Below, piece after piece: positions 8,970-18,654 of a DNA stretch of 64,000 bases (positions within the stretch are counted from its first letter, which is position 1; every line of letters starts with the position of its first letter). The stretch spans positions 732,692 to 796,691 of the forward strand of contig OZ243919.1 in assembly GCA_965213885.1 (NCBI GenBank), in the 5' to 3' direction. Source of the DNA: Candidatus Poriferihabitaceae bacterium (lineage in GTDB: Bacteria; Pseudomonadota; Gammaproteobacteria; Arenicellales; Poriferihabitantaceae). The position numbers and the translations under genes are program-made. The notes beneath the pieces are model-generated. The model saw nothing but the letters and a program-made list of their open reading frames with translations, searched no databases and was not told the origin of the DNA.

Positions 8970-10988
8970 ATGACCTTCCAACTCGGCATCGATACCGGTG
9001 GCACCTATACCGACGCGGTACTGGTGAACGAACACCGGCAGGTTGTCGCCAAGAACAAGAGCCTGACTACGGCCTATGACCTGGCTGCGGGTATCGGCAA
9101 TGCCATCTCAAGTCTGCCCGGGGAGATGCTGGCATCGGTGAACCTGGTATCGCTGTCCACCACGTTGTCCACCAATTCCGTGGTGGAGGGTCGGGGTGCC
9201 CCGGTGTCGATATTGCTTCCGGGTTACAACGAATCCCAGGTGGTGAAGAGCGGCATCTACGAAATCCTCGACCGGGGCCTGGTGAACCTGCTTGAGGGGG
9301 GGCACAACGCGATGGGGGCCGAGCAGGCAACCCTGGACCTGACGCGTGCCCGGGAGGTCATCCTGGCCCAGGCGGAAATGGTGTCCGCGTTCGCCGTGTC
9401 CTCGATGTTCGGGACGCGCAACACCGCACACGAAATCGCCCTCAGGGACATGATTATCGAGCTCACGGGCAAACCGGTGGCGTGCGGGCACGAACTGGCC
9501 TCGTCCCTCGGTGCTCCCCGCCGGGCGCTGACGGCGGCACTCAACGCGCGCATGATTCTCCATATTCAGCGCCTGATCAACTCGGTGGAGGAGATTCTTG
9601 AAAGCAAATCCATCCATGCGCCACTGATGATCGTCAAGGGAGACGGATCCCTGGTGAATGCAAAGACCGCCCTGCTGCAGCCGGTGGCCACGGTACTGTC
9701 CGGCCCGGCTGCCAGCGTGGTCGGCGCCTGTGCCCTGAGCGGGCTCAGGGATGGCATTGTGGTGGATATCGGTGGCACCACCACGGACATTGCCGTCGTG
9801 ACTGACGGTCAGCCGGAGCTCTGTGCGGACGGCGCGCGGATCGGTGACTGGCAGCCCATGGTGGAGGCGCTTCGGGTGTTCTCCATCGGCCTTGGCGGCG
9901 ACAGTGAGATTCGTTTCAGGAACGGGCTTTCCATCTCCCAGCGGCGAGTGGTGCCCATGAGCCTGCTGGCGTACGAATACCCCGAGGTGATGCCCCGGCT
10001 TGAGCGGCAATGGTCCGCGTCTCCGAGTCCACGCAACAACCGCTTCGCCTTGCGGTTGCAGCACAACGAAGTGCTGGTCGCCCAGCTTGGCGAAGCCGAG
10101 GTTGCCGCCTGGGAGATGCTCCGGGAAGGACCGGTGGATATCTTTGAACTGGGAGATCGCAACCGTGGAATCATGCGGGCCATCGCCCGTCTGGAGCGGT
10201 TGGGTCTTGCGATCTACAGTGGTTTCACCCCATCCGACGCCACTCACGTTCTCGGGATGAGCGACCACTGGAACCGCGACGCGGCGGAGCTTGGTGCCCG
10301 GATCTGGGCCCGACAGATGCGCCATCTGTACGGTTGCGGGAACTGGACCATCGGCGACCCGGTCGGACCGAGCCGGCAGGTATTCGACCTGGTGGTTCGG
10401 GAAATCAGCGAGAAACTGATCGAGGCGGGCCTCAACCAGCATGGTGAACTGGTGGACTCAAGATCCCGCGGCCTCACCAGGCTGTTGGCGGAAATCGTCC
10501 TGGCACAGGGCGAAGCGAAACGAGACAAGCCCCTGTTCGAACTCACATTCGCGCGCAATTACCCGGTCATCGCGGTGGGAGGGCCGGCGGCCGACTATTT
10601 TCCCGAGGTTGCGCGAATGCTCGACGTGGAATTGGAACTGCCCGAGCATGCGGACACTGCCAACGCGATCGGCGCAGTCATGGGTGCAGTGGTGCAGATG
10701 TCCCACATCACGGTAACGCAGCCGGAATTCGGTGTTTTCCTGCTGTTCCACCGTGACCGGCCGATGCGCTTCGACAATCTCGAGGCGGCCCTGTGCCGGG
10801 CAAGGGAGCTTGCACGGGCCGAGGCCGAATGCCTGGCGCGTTCCGCGGGGGCCGATGTCGTGGAAACCCGGATACGCGAGGACGCGACCCACGTGAAGCA
10901 TGACATCGACGGCGAATTCTTCGTCGGTACCACGGTGACGGCCATCGCAACCGGCCGTCCCGGCAACCGTGAACCAGTTCCAGGGTAG
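8970..10988 (+). CDS. Hydantoinase/oxoprolinase (HyuA-type) family protein
   Basis: N-terminal ASKHA-type motif LGIDTGGTYTDAVL and a second GGTTTD motif. ATG at 8970 is preferred over the ORF-track TTG at 8964. No HyuB-type partner gene is adjacent. Confidence 0.85.
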   Translation: MTFQLGIDTGGTYTDAVLVNEHRQVVAKNKSLTTAYDLAAGIGNAISSLPGEMLASVNLVSLSTTLSTNSVVEGRGAPVSILLPGYNESQVVKSGIYEILDRGLVNLLEGGHNAMGAEQATLDLTRAREVILAQAEMVSAFAVSSMFGTRNTAHEIALRDMIIELTGKPVACGHELASSLGAPRRALTAALNARMILHIQRLINSVEEILESKSIHAPLMIVKGDGSLVNAKTALLQPVATVLSGPAASVVGACALSGLRDGIVVDIGGTTTDIAVVTDGQPELCADGARIGDWQPMVEALRVFSIGLGGDSEIRFRNGLSISQRRVVPMSLLAYEYPEVMPRLERQWSASPSPRNNRFALRLQHNEVLVAQLGEAEVAAWEMLREGPVDIFELGDRNRGIMRAIARLERLGLAIYSGFTPSDATHVLGMSDHWNRDAAELGARIWARQMRHLYGCGNWTIGDPVGPSRQVFDLVVREISEKLIEAGLNQHGELVDSRSRGLTRLLAEIVLAQGEAKRDKPLFELTFARNYPVIAVGGPAADYFPEVARMLDVELELPEHADTANAIGAVMGAVVQMSHITVTQPEFGVFLLFHRDRPMRFDNLEAALCRARELARAEAECLARSAGADVVETRIREDATHVKHDIDGEFFVGTTVTAIATGRPGNREPVPG

Positions 10989-11079
10989 CGGACAAGGTTC
11001 CAACCAGTCTGGCATTGGACGGATGTTTGGTCTATGCTGATCCACGGTCCAAACATCACCTGATCGGGGGAAATTCTTC

Positions 11080-12054
11080 ATGGCATATGCAATTCGCGCC
11101 ATCCGGCCAGGGGGCGTCGATGTCCTGGAACGGGTTGATTTCGAACCCGGGGCGCCCGGAGCCGGCGAGGTCCGGGTCCGCCACGGCGCCATCGGGGTCA
11201 ATTTCATCGACATCTACATCCGCACCGGCTCGTATCCCTGGCCGGTGCAGGAAAAACTGGTGCTTGGCTGTGAGGCCGCCGGGGTGGTGGATGCAGTCGG
11301 GGACGGCGTTACCGGATTCGCCGAGGGTGACCGGATTGCCTATGTCCTGCCAAACGGCGCCTACAGTACCCACCGGAGCATCAGCGTTTCCCATGCGGTC
11401 CACCTGCCGGATCACATCGACGATCGCACCGCCGCCGCCTGCATGCTGAAAGGCCTCACCTGTTACTACCTGCTGCACGACAGTTTCAGGGTGGAAGCGG
11501 GTCACAGGGTGCTGTTTCATGCCGCCGCCGGCGGTGTGGGACTGATCGCCGGCCAGTGGCTGGCAGCCAAGGGTGCGACGGCCATCGGCACGGCGGGCAG
11601 CGACAGCAAGTGCGAACTCGCGCTCCGGAACGGGTACGCCGATGTGATCAACTACAACACCGGCGATTTCGTGGCTGGTGTGCAGGCCGTTACGGAAGGC
11701 GGGATGATGGATGTGGTGTACGATTCCGTGGGTGCGGCCACCTGGCCGGGATCACGGGACTGCCTCAGGCGACACGGCACCCTGGTGGCCTTCGGTCAGT
11801 CCTCGGGCCCGGTGGAAGGGTTCAATTTTGCTGACCTGGCGGTGGGATCGCTGTACCTGACCCGGCCCACCCTGTTTCATTTCGCCTCGGACCGTGGTTG
11901 GCTGGAGAGCGCCTCAGCTGCACTGTTTGACATGATCGGGAGCGGGCGCATCCAAATCGCCGTCAACCAGACGTATCCGCTTGCGGAGGCCGGCAGGGCC
12001 CACGAGGCCCTGGAGGGGCGGGAAACCACGGGCTGCACCCTGTTGCTTCCCTGA
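11080..12054 (+). CDS. NADPH:quinone oxidoreductase (zeta-crystallin / MDR family)
   Basis: 324 aa. It has an MDR fold without Zn ligands and a nucleotide-binding motif HAAAGGVGLIAGQW. Confidence 0.85.
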   Translation: MAYAIRAIRPGGVDVLERVDFEPGAPGAGEVRVRHGAIGVNFIDIYIRTGSYPWPVQEKLVLGCEAAGVVDAVGDGVTGFAEGDRIAYVLPNGAYSTHRSISVSHAVHLPDHIDDRTAAACMLKGLTCYYLLHDSFRVEAGHRVLFHAAAGGVGLIAGQWLAAKGATAIGTAGSDSKCELALRNGYADVINYNTGDFVAGVQAVTEGGMMDVVYDSVGAATWPGSRDCLRRHGTLVAFGQSSGPVEGFNFADLAVGSLYLTRPTLFHFASDRGWLESASAALFDMIGSGRIQIAVNQTYPLAEAGRAHEALEGRETTGCTLLLP

Positions 12055-12090
12055 GCGCAGGTGAGCCGGCGGTGCCGCCGCGGCCGGGCG

Positions 12091-12687
12091 TCAGGCGGCG
12101 AGCGCCCGGTCGAGGAATTCCAGCCGGTCCTGGCCCCAGAAAATCTCGCCGTCTACCACATAGGTAGGCGATCCGAACACGTCGGCGGCGTGTGCCTCGG
12201 CGGTCACGGCGGTGAACTGTTCGCCCAAGGCATCGGTTTCGGCCGTAGCCAGGAGTCCGACGCCGTCCAGTCCGCAGTGGTCGGCGAGCATCGCCAGAGT
12301 ACCGGGGTCGGCGACATTCCTCTGCTCGGCCCAAACTGCGGTCAGCACGGCATCGCTGAGTGCCCCGGCATCAAGGCCCAGGTTGCCCGCCGCCAGCACC
12401 ATCCTGGATGCCAGCGTGGCGTCGGCAGGGAAGTGGGCAGGCTCGAGGTTCATCGGTACACCGAGAAATGACGACCAGCGTTTCAGCTCGTCCATACGGT
12501 ATCGCAGGCGTGCGGGATGCCGTTTCGGCAACGGTGTGCCGCCCATGTCCAGGAAGGTGGACATGACGTCGATGGGCTTGTAGTTCACCATTGCGCCATG
12601 GCGTCCGACGATCTCATTGAATCGCCCGATGGCGAGATAGCTCCAGGGCGAGATCACGAAGTGATAATAATCAATGGTTTTGGGCAT
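12091..12687 (-). CDS. 2-hydroxychromene-2-carboxylate isomerase / DsbA-like thioredoxin-fold protein
   Basis: The N-terminus MPKTIDYYHFVISPWSYLA fits the HCCA-isomerase/DsbA family. ATG at 12687 is preferred over the upstream GTG at 12732. Confidence 0.8.
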   Translation of the reverse strand: MPKTIDYYHFVISPWSYLAIGRFNEIVGRHGAMVNYKPIDVMSTFLDMGGTPLPKRHPARLRYRMDELKRWSSFLGVPMNLEPAHFPADATLASRMVLAAGNLGLDAGALSDAVLTAVWAEQRNVADPGTLAMLADHCGLDGVGLLATAETDALGEQFTAVTAEAHAADVFGSPTYVVDGEIFWGQDRLEFLDRALAA

Positions 12688-12823
12688 GAAGGGACAGGGA
12701 GGTTGATAGGCCGGTGCCGGATTGTACGCCACCCGGATGGTTTCAGGGGGTCGTCCGGATCGGTCCCCTCATTGAATTTTGAGCCGGTCTTGGGTTAAAT
12801 CCGACCAACTCTCCCGTACAGCC

Positions 12824-13525
12824 ATGCAGTCCGCCAACCGCAAGAAACCGTCACCGCTCGTCGAGATTCTGGTCAACGTGATCATCCCGGCGGTGATCCT
12901 GATGAAATTCAGCACCCCCGAGCGACTGGGCACGGTGAACGCGCTGATCCTGGCGCTGTCTTTTCCGATCCTGTACGGCGGCTGGGACCTGGTCCGCAAC
13001 CGCCACGTGAATTACATTGCCATATTGGGGCTGGTGAGTGTTTTCCTGACTGGCGGCATTGGACTTCTCAAGCTGGACGTCAAGTGGCTGGCGGTCAAGG
13101 AGGCGCTCATCCCGGCCCTGATCGGGCTCGCCGTAGTGATTACCGGGTTCACCCGTTCCCCCCTGGTCAAGAAACTGATTTTTAATCCGCTGGTCATGGC
13201 GACGGAAACAATCCAGCAAAAACTGGACTATGAGCACAGCACTGAACTCTTCGACAGGAAGCTGCGCTTCGCCAATCACTGCCTGGCCGGGACGTTCGCC
13301 TTTTCATCGGTCATGAACTACGTGCTGGCCAAGGTCATCGTGACCAGCGAGACCGGTACCGTAGCCTTCAACGAGGAACTGGGAAAGATGACCTTTCTCA
13401 GCTATCCGATGATCGCCATTCCCTCCATGATCATGCTGTTTGGCATCATGTGGTACGTGATTCGAACCATCAGACGATTGACCGGCCTTGAACTCAAGGA
13501 CATCTTTCACCGGGAGGATGGATAG
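12824..13525 (+). CDS. Polytopic inner-membrane protein, function unknown
   Basis: 233 aa from ATG 12824 with about 6 hydrophobic helices (VEILVNVIIPAVILM, NALILALSFPILYGGW, ILGLVSVFLTGGIGLL ...). I recognise no catalytic motif. Confidence 0.65.
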   Translation: MQSANRKKPSPLVEILVNVIIPAVILMKFSTPERLGTVNALILALSFPILYGGWDLVRNRHVNYIAILGLVSVFLTGGIGLLKLDVKWLAVKEALIPALIGLAVVITGFTRSPLVKKLIFNPLVMATETIQQKLDYEHSTELFDRKLRFANHCLAGTFAFSSVMNYVLAKVIVTSETGTVAFNEELGKMTFLSYPMIAIPSMIMLFGIMWYVIRTIRRLTGLELKDIFHREDG

Positions 13526-13531
13526 GTATCC

Positions 13532-14140
13532 ATGATCTACCTGCTGCGACATGCCGAAACCCAATGGAATTACGAGCTGCGCAAGCAGGGACTGGACGAT
13601 TCCCCACTGACGCGAACCGGCGAATGGCAGGCCCGGACCTACGCCGAAGTGTTGCAGGACCTGATCCCGCAGTCCGAGATCAGGCATGGACGGGTGCTGT
13701 TGTATGCCAGCCCGCTCGGCAGGGCGCGGTCAACAGCACAGTACCTGATCGATATCCTTGGAATTCCCGGGGAATGCGTGCATTGCGAACCGCGCCTGAT
13801 CGAATTCGATTACGGTGACTGGTCCGGGCTCACCAACGATGAAATCGAGGGCCGCTATCCCGGCGCACTGGCGGCGCGGGAATACGACAAATGGAATTAC
13901 ACGGTTCCGAACGGCGAGTCCTATGCCGACGTGGAGACGAAGGTTGACCAGTGGATGGATGAACTGCCCCGGGACAAGGTGGTGATTGTTGTGACCCACA
14001 ACGTTGTCAGTCGGGTGATCCGCAGGCGGTTCCTCGACCAGCCCCGGCCGGAGGCGGGACGCTTGGAGCATCCCCAGCACCTGATATTCCGGCTGCGCGA
14101 CCGATCTATCGACGAGATCGACATTCGGGCACTTCAGTGA
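13532..14140 (+). CDS. Histidine phosphatase family protein (phosphoglycerate-mutase-like)
   Basis: N-terminal RHG-type motif MIYLLRHAETQWN and a later VVTHNVV His motif. Confidence 0.85.
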   Translation: MIYLLRHAETQWNYELRKQGLDDSPLTRTGEWQARTYAEVLQDLIPQSEIRHGRVLLYASPLGRARSTAQYLIDILGIPGECVHCEPRLIEFDYGDWSGLTNDEIEGRYPGALAAREYDKWNYTVPNGESYADVETKVDQWMDELPRDKVVIVVTHNVVSRVIRRRFLDQPRPEAGRLEHPQHLIFRLRDRSIDEIDIRALQ

Positions 14141-14400
14141 GAAGCAGGCGAGCCCTCGCCAGTGAGCACTGATCAGGGTTGGCTCCGGGCCATGGTTTCC
14201 GCAGTCCGCCATCACCAGTGGCTCGTCCGTTTCGGGGCGATGATAAACGGCTGCCGGTTCCCTGTCGGCTCCCGTACCTGACAGCCCGCGGCGGCTTCCG
14301 AACCGGCCCGCTCAAGAGTCTCGGAATGGGACCTGGAGCAGTTTCATTGTGGCATGATGTGATCTGGCACCGGGCAAAACGGGCATCCGCCGAGGTGCCG

Positions 14401-14904
14401 TCATGCGTCAAGACCGCTCTTGATGAGCGCACTGCCCTGGATGGGTTGTTCCTCCAGGTTTTCTCCGGGACCGGCCCGGTCCACCACGATGAAATCCCGC
14501 CTTTGCCCGGTGACGATCTGGAAATGGTGCCAGGTGCTGCGAAAGAAATTCACTCCCTGGCGGCCGTTGGTCCGGAAAAGAACCAGGTCCTCGGCGGATA
14601 CGGTGTCTCCCTGCGGCGCCACCAGTACGAGAAACGAATCCTGGTCCAGCGGCAGGAAAGCCTGACTGCCGACCGGATGACGCTCCATGATCACCACCCT
14701 GTGCGGCAGCGGCAGCGGGTCCGTGCGGAACACATTCACGCTGGGATGGCCGCCTTCGGCGTCACAGTCGATGGTAAAGAGATCGTGGTAGCGCGTGGTA
14801 AGCCCCCGGTTGATGGGGATTTGCCTGGCGCCTTCAAGTTCAATGACCTCGCCGAACGTCGAGAAGGCGCTGCGGGTCAGCGGTACCGGCTCCAGGATCC
14901 TCAT
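14401..14904 (-). CDS. allA: Ureidoglycolate lyase
   Basis: 167 aa. FGEVIE...MERHPVGSQAFLPL...NGRQGVNFFRSTWHH matches the AllA family. Its ATG overlaps the alc stop (ATGA). Confidence 0.9.
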   Translation of the reverse strand: MRILEPVPLTRSAFSTFGEVIELEGARQIPINRGLTTRYHDLFTIDCDAEGGHPSVNVFRTDPLPLPHRVVIMERHPVGSQAFLPLDQDSFLVLVAPQGDTVSAEDLVLFRTNGRQGVNFFRSTWHHFQIVTGQRRDFIVVDRAGPGENLEEQPIQGSALIKSGLDA

Positions 14905-15902
14905 ATCATCTCCACGGTGCCGAACAGTCGCAAACGGCTGATTCCGCCGTCCGGAACAATGTTCATGCGCACGTGGGAGATTGCGCCGATGTCCGCCACC
15001 GACTTCTCGAAGTGATGCACCTGGTCGGCCTCCAGTTTCGATGACGGCAGAAGAACCGGCCAGTCCTCGCTCCGCCGAGGCAGGCTAGCTACCGTGGCGG
15101 CACGAACCATGGCCCCCCGGATCTCGCAGCGGTCCGGGTAGTTGCCCTTGAAGTAGGCGGTGTCGATCTCGATCTGGTGAATGCGTCCCGGACGGGCCAG
15201 GGCGATGATGACCCAGTCATGGCCGGGCTCCCGGCGCCGGCGGGTTTCCCAGCCGTCTCCCATATTGAGCCCCCGTCCGGGGGACAGCAGGTTGCGTATA
15301 TGGCCGTAATGCTGATCGTTGCAGGTCAGCGCCACGCCGCCGTTCAGGGCCGCAGCCAGATCCACCAGTTCCTCCTCACCGATGGCCGCCCAGTCCACCC
15401 TGGGTTCGGCATAGACCCGCAGGCGGGCGATTCCACCGTCCGGATGGATGGAGAGACGAACATGGGTGAAGACGTCGGCGTTATTGATCTTGAAGGCATG
15501 CGCGCTGTTGCCCTGGAGGTCGTGCCGGGCGAGGATCTCCACCCATTGGTCATTGTCACCGGGCTCACCGCTTTCGTGGTAACACGCCTCCACCGAGGCG
15601 GCGGGAGCATAGTTCCCGGTGAAATGGGTGGTCAGGATCTCGATGCCGTGAATTACCCCGGGCCGCGCCAGGCGGACGATGCACCAGTCGTTACCCGGTC
15701 CGCGCTTGCGCCGTGATTCCCATCCGTCCATCCATTTGCCGTTATCGTCGTACTTTCCTTCCTTCCACACCGGGGGCCTGTCTTTCAGCATGCGATGCAT
15801 GGGCGCGAAGAAATCATCGCTGCAGGCCACCGCTGCAGCCCCCAGGCGGGCGGAGGCAAGATTGACCCAGTGCTGGGAAAAATCAGTCCGGTTGTCGTTC
15901 AT
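14901..15902 (-). CDS. alc: Allantoicase
   Basis: 333 aa with two allantoicase repeats (DGWESRRKRGPGNDW and DGWETRRRREPGHDW). It has ATGA overlaps at both ends. Confidence 0.92.
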   Translation of the reverse strand: MNDNRTDFSQHWVNLASARLGAAAVACSDDFFAPMHRMLKDRPPVWKEGKYDDNGKWMDGWESRRKRGPGNDWCIVRLARPGVIHGIEILTTHFTGNYAPAASVEACYHESGEPGDNDQWVEILARHDLQGNSAHAFKINNADVFTHVRLSIHPDGGIARLRVYAEPRVDWAAIGEEELVDLAAALNGGVALTCNDQHYGHIRNLLSPGRGLNMGDGWETRRRREPGHDWVIIALARPGRIHQIEIDTAYFKGNYPDRCEIRGAMVRAATVASLPRRSEDWPVLLPSSKLEADQVHHFEKSVADIGAISHVRMNIVPDGGISRLRLFGTVEMI

Positions 15903-16816
15903 GATCTGTCAGGTCCGGGAAAGTGTTGGATCCAGTGCTTGGCGATATCGATACGACGGCACAGCCAGACACGGTCATGGGCCAGGATGTGGTCGAGAAA
16001 TCTCGCCAGCGCCACGGCGCGCCCGGGGCGTCCCGCAAGGCGGCAGTGAAGCCCCACGGACATCATCCTTGGTGCCGTCTCTCCTTCTGCGTACAGAATA
16101 TCGAACGTGTCTTTCAGGTAGGTGAAAAACTGGTCGCCGCTGTTGAATCCCTGGGCAGTGGCAAAACGCATGTCGTTGGCATCCAGAGTATACGGTACGA
16201 TGAGCAGCGGTTTCGCATGGTCCCCGATCCAGTACGGCAATTCGTCGGCATAGCTGTCGGCACTGTAGATGAATCCCCCATGCTCGGCGGTGATGCGATG
16301 GGTATTGGGGCTGGTGCGGCCGAGGTAGAACCCTTCCGGCGCCTTGCCGGTGACCCGGGAATGGATGTCCACCGCGCGTTCCAGGTGCCGGATTTCCTCA
16401 GTCTCCGGCATGAACTGGTAGTCGATCCAGCGCCAGCCGTGGCTGGCGATTTCCCATCCGGCCGCCAGCATGGCTTCCACCGCAGGCGGGTTGCGCTCCA
16501 GGGCCATGGCGACACCGAACACGGTGACCGGAATGCGGCGGTCGGTGAACAGGCGGTGCAGGCGCCAGAAGCCGGCCCGTGAACCGAATTCGTAAATTGA
16601 TTCCATGTTGGCATGACGGATGCCCGGGTATGGCTGGGCGCCGACGATTTCGGAGAGAAAGGCCTCCGAGGCCGGGTCGCCATGCAGGATGCTGTTCTCG
16701 CCTCCTTCCTCGTAGTTGACCACGAACTGGACCGCTACTCGGGCATTGTCCGGCCAGCGGGGATGGGGCGGATGATCCCCGTAGCCGATCATGTCACGCG
16801 GATAGGGGGGGGTCAC
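15899..16816 (-). CDS. puuE: Allantoinase, polysaccharide-deacetylase type (PuuE)
   Basis: 305 aa from a GTG that overlaps the puuD stop (GTGA): VTPPYPRDMIGYG...VNYEEGGENSILHGD...HGWRWIDY... is PuuE-like. The 542-aa ORF-track version is an out-of-frame extension over puuD. Confidence 0.88.
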   Translation of the reverse strand: MTPPYPRDMIGYGDHPPHPRWPDNARVAVQFVVNYEEGGENSILHGDPASEAFLSEIVGAQPYPGIRHANMESIYEFGSRAGFWRLHRLFTDRRIPVTVFGVAMALERNPPAVEAMLAAGWEIASHGWRWIDYQFMPETEEIRHLERAVDIHSRVTGKAPEGFYLGRTSPNTHRITAEHGGFIYSADSYADELPYWIGDHAKPLLIVPYTLDANDMRFATAQGFNSGDQFFTYLKDTFDILYAEGETAPRMMSVGLHCRLAGRPGRAVALARFLDHILAHDRVWLCRRIDIAKHWIQHFPGPDRS

Positions 16817-17991
16817 TGCGCGTTCTCCTGGAGCTGCACCCAGCGCCCGAGGACGGTGCGCTCCTCGTCCAGCATGCCGGTGAGATTGCCGAGCGGCATG
16901 GTCTTCGTCATGACGGTGACCTGGTTGATGGCATCCCGGTGAATGCGGATCTTGTCCAGGGTATCGAGTTCGATGCCCTTGGGTGCGGTGGCGAAGCCGG
17001 GATACGTGGGGCTGGCGGCATGGCAGCCGGCGCAGTGGGTGGTGACTATGGTGCTTGCCTCGGCGTCGCTCACGAGTATCCCGCTCTGGCCGGCCGGACG
17101 CGGCGCGGTCAGCCACATCAGGCCCACCATGGCGAGGAACGCCACGGGCAGGATCCAGGCCAGGCGGTTGCCAAGGTGGCGCACATTGAAGTAATGGCGC
17201 ACCGCAATGCTCACCAGCGCCAGCAGGACCAGCACCAGCCAGTTCAGACTGTGTCCGTAGGTGCTGGGGAAGTGGCTGCTGATCATGGTGAACAGGACCG
17301 GCAGGGTGAAGTAGTTGTTGTGACGGGATCGCAGCAGGCCGTTCCTGCCATGCCCCGGATCCGTCGGCCGGCTTTCTTTCAGTGCCGACACCAACTCCCG
17401 CTGCGCCGGGATAATGACGAAAAACACGTTGGCCACCATCACCGTGCCGATGGCTGCGCCCACGTGGATGTAGGCGGCGCGGCCGCTCAGCAACTGGGTC
17501 AGGATGAAGGCCAGCAGTGCGAACCATCCGAACACCATGGCCGTCAGCAGCCCCGGTCTTTCCCTGGACACCCTGCAGAGCCCGTCATAGACGAACCATG
17601 ATACAACCAGTGAGGCTATCCCCGTCGCGATCCCCTGCCAGGGTTCCAGCGCCCTGACGGACGGGTCGATGAGCCAGGCGCGGGCGTTGAAATAGTAGAT
17701 GAGGACGAGCAGGGCAATACCGGAAAGCCAGGTGGCATAGGCTTCCCACTTGAACCAGTGCAACGAGGAAGGCAGTCTATCCGGCCCGGTGGAGAATTTC
17801 TTCAGGTAGTAGAAACCGCCGCCATGCACTGCCCAGAGGTTTCCGTCAATGCCTTCATCCTGGGGCGGTTCGCGGTCGAGATTGTTTTCAAGCCAGTTGA
17901 AGTAGAAGGACGCGCCGATCCAGGCTATGCCCACGATGAAATGGATCCACCGCAGCAGCAGGTTCAGCCATTCGTGGGCGTGGACTTCCAT
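16813..17991 (-). CDS. puuD: Membrane urate hydroxylase PuuD (multi-TM domain + C-terminal cytochrome c domain)
   Basis: 392 aa with several TM helices followed by a CxxCH heme motif (CAGCH). It sits between the TetR gene and puuE with 4-nt overlaps. Confidence 0.88.
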   Translation of the reverse strand: MEVHAHEWLNLLLRWIHFIVGIAWIGASFYFNWLENNLDREPPQDEGIDGNLWAVHGGGFYYLKKFSTGPDRLPSSLHWFKWEAYATWLSGIALLVLIYYFNARAWLIDPSVRALEPWQGIATGIASLVVSWFVYDGLCRVSRERPGLLTAMVFGWFALLAFILTQLLSGRAAYIHVGAAIGTVMVANVFFVIIPAQRELVSALKESRPTDPGHGRNGLLRSRHNNYFTLPVLFTMISSHFPSTYGHSLNWLVLVLLALVSIAVRHYFNVRHLGNRLAWILPVAFLAMVGLMWLTAPRPAGQSGILVSDAEASTIVTTHCAGCHAASPTYPGFATAPKGIELDTLDKIRIHRDAINQVTVMTKTMPLGNLTGMLDEERTVLGRWVQLQENAQ

Positions 17992-18641
17992 CAGGTGCTG
18001 TGGTCGTGGCTGACAGGTGTCAGTCCGCAGATCCGGAGCACCATGGTCACCAGGGATTCCGCCAGGCGGTCATGGTCATGCCGCGTCAGACGGTTCTTGC
18101 GGTAGATGGATTTGACCTGGGTGCCGGACTCGGCGTAGTGCTGCGTAGTGGCCCAGATGACGAAAATCAGGTGGAAGGGGTCCACGGGGAGAATGCGCCC
18201 CTGCCGAATCCAGTTCTCTATCTCCGTTGCCAGGTGTTCGGTCCAGACCCGGGTTTCCCGTTTCAGGTGTTCACTGAGATGCTGCCATCCGCCCAGCATC
18301 TCCTGGGCGAAGATTCGGGTGGCGGCGGGATAGAGCCGGGTCAGTTCCACCTTCATGCGGATATAGCTCTCAAGGACGGTGGCGGGGTCGGCATCGGCGT
18401 CGATGGGAGCCAGTGCGGCATTCCACAGTTCCACCACGTTGGACAACACCGCGTCATAGAGCGTGGTCTTGCTGGCGAAATAGTAGTGCACATTGGCCTT
18501 GGGCACTCCGGCGAGGTCCGCGATTCGCTGGATGCGGGCACCCCCGTAGCCATATTTCTCGAATTCCGCCTCCGCCGCCCGAAGTATCTGGTCACGGCGG
18601 CGGCTGCCAAGCGGTGTGATCTTGCGTCCCGATGCGGTCAT
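17991..18641 (-). CDS. TetR-family regulator, RutR-like
   Basis: 216 aa from ATG 18641. It has a TetR HTH (ARIQRIADLAGVPKANVHYYFASKTTLY) and a C-terminal stretch VDPFHLIFVIWATTQHYAES that closely resembles the E. coli RutR segment as I recall it. It is embedded in the purine operon. Confidence 0.85.
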   Translation of the reverse strand: MTASGRKITPLGSRRRDQILRAAEAEFEKYGYGGARIQRIADLAGVPKANVHYYFASKTTLYDAVLSNVVELWNAALAPIDADADPATVLESYIRMKVELTRLYPAATRIFAQEMLGGWQHLSEHLKRETRVWTEHLATEIENWIRQGRILPVDPFHLIFVIWATTQHYAESGTQVKSIYRKNRLTRHDHDRLAESLVTMVLRICGLTPVSHDHST

Positions 18642-18654
18642 GTCCAGGGCCGGG

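Noticed and set aside
16817-17527. The N-terminal 236 codons of the 542-aa ORF-track entry 15899..17527.
   Set aside because: This part is Arg/Pro/Gly/His-rich nonsense lying out of frame over the well-supported puuD gene. PuuE homology begins at the GTG at 16816.
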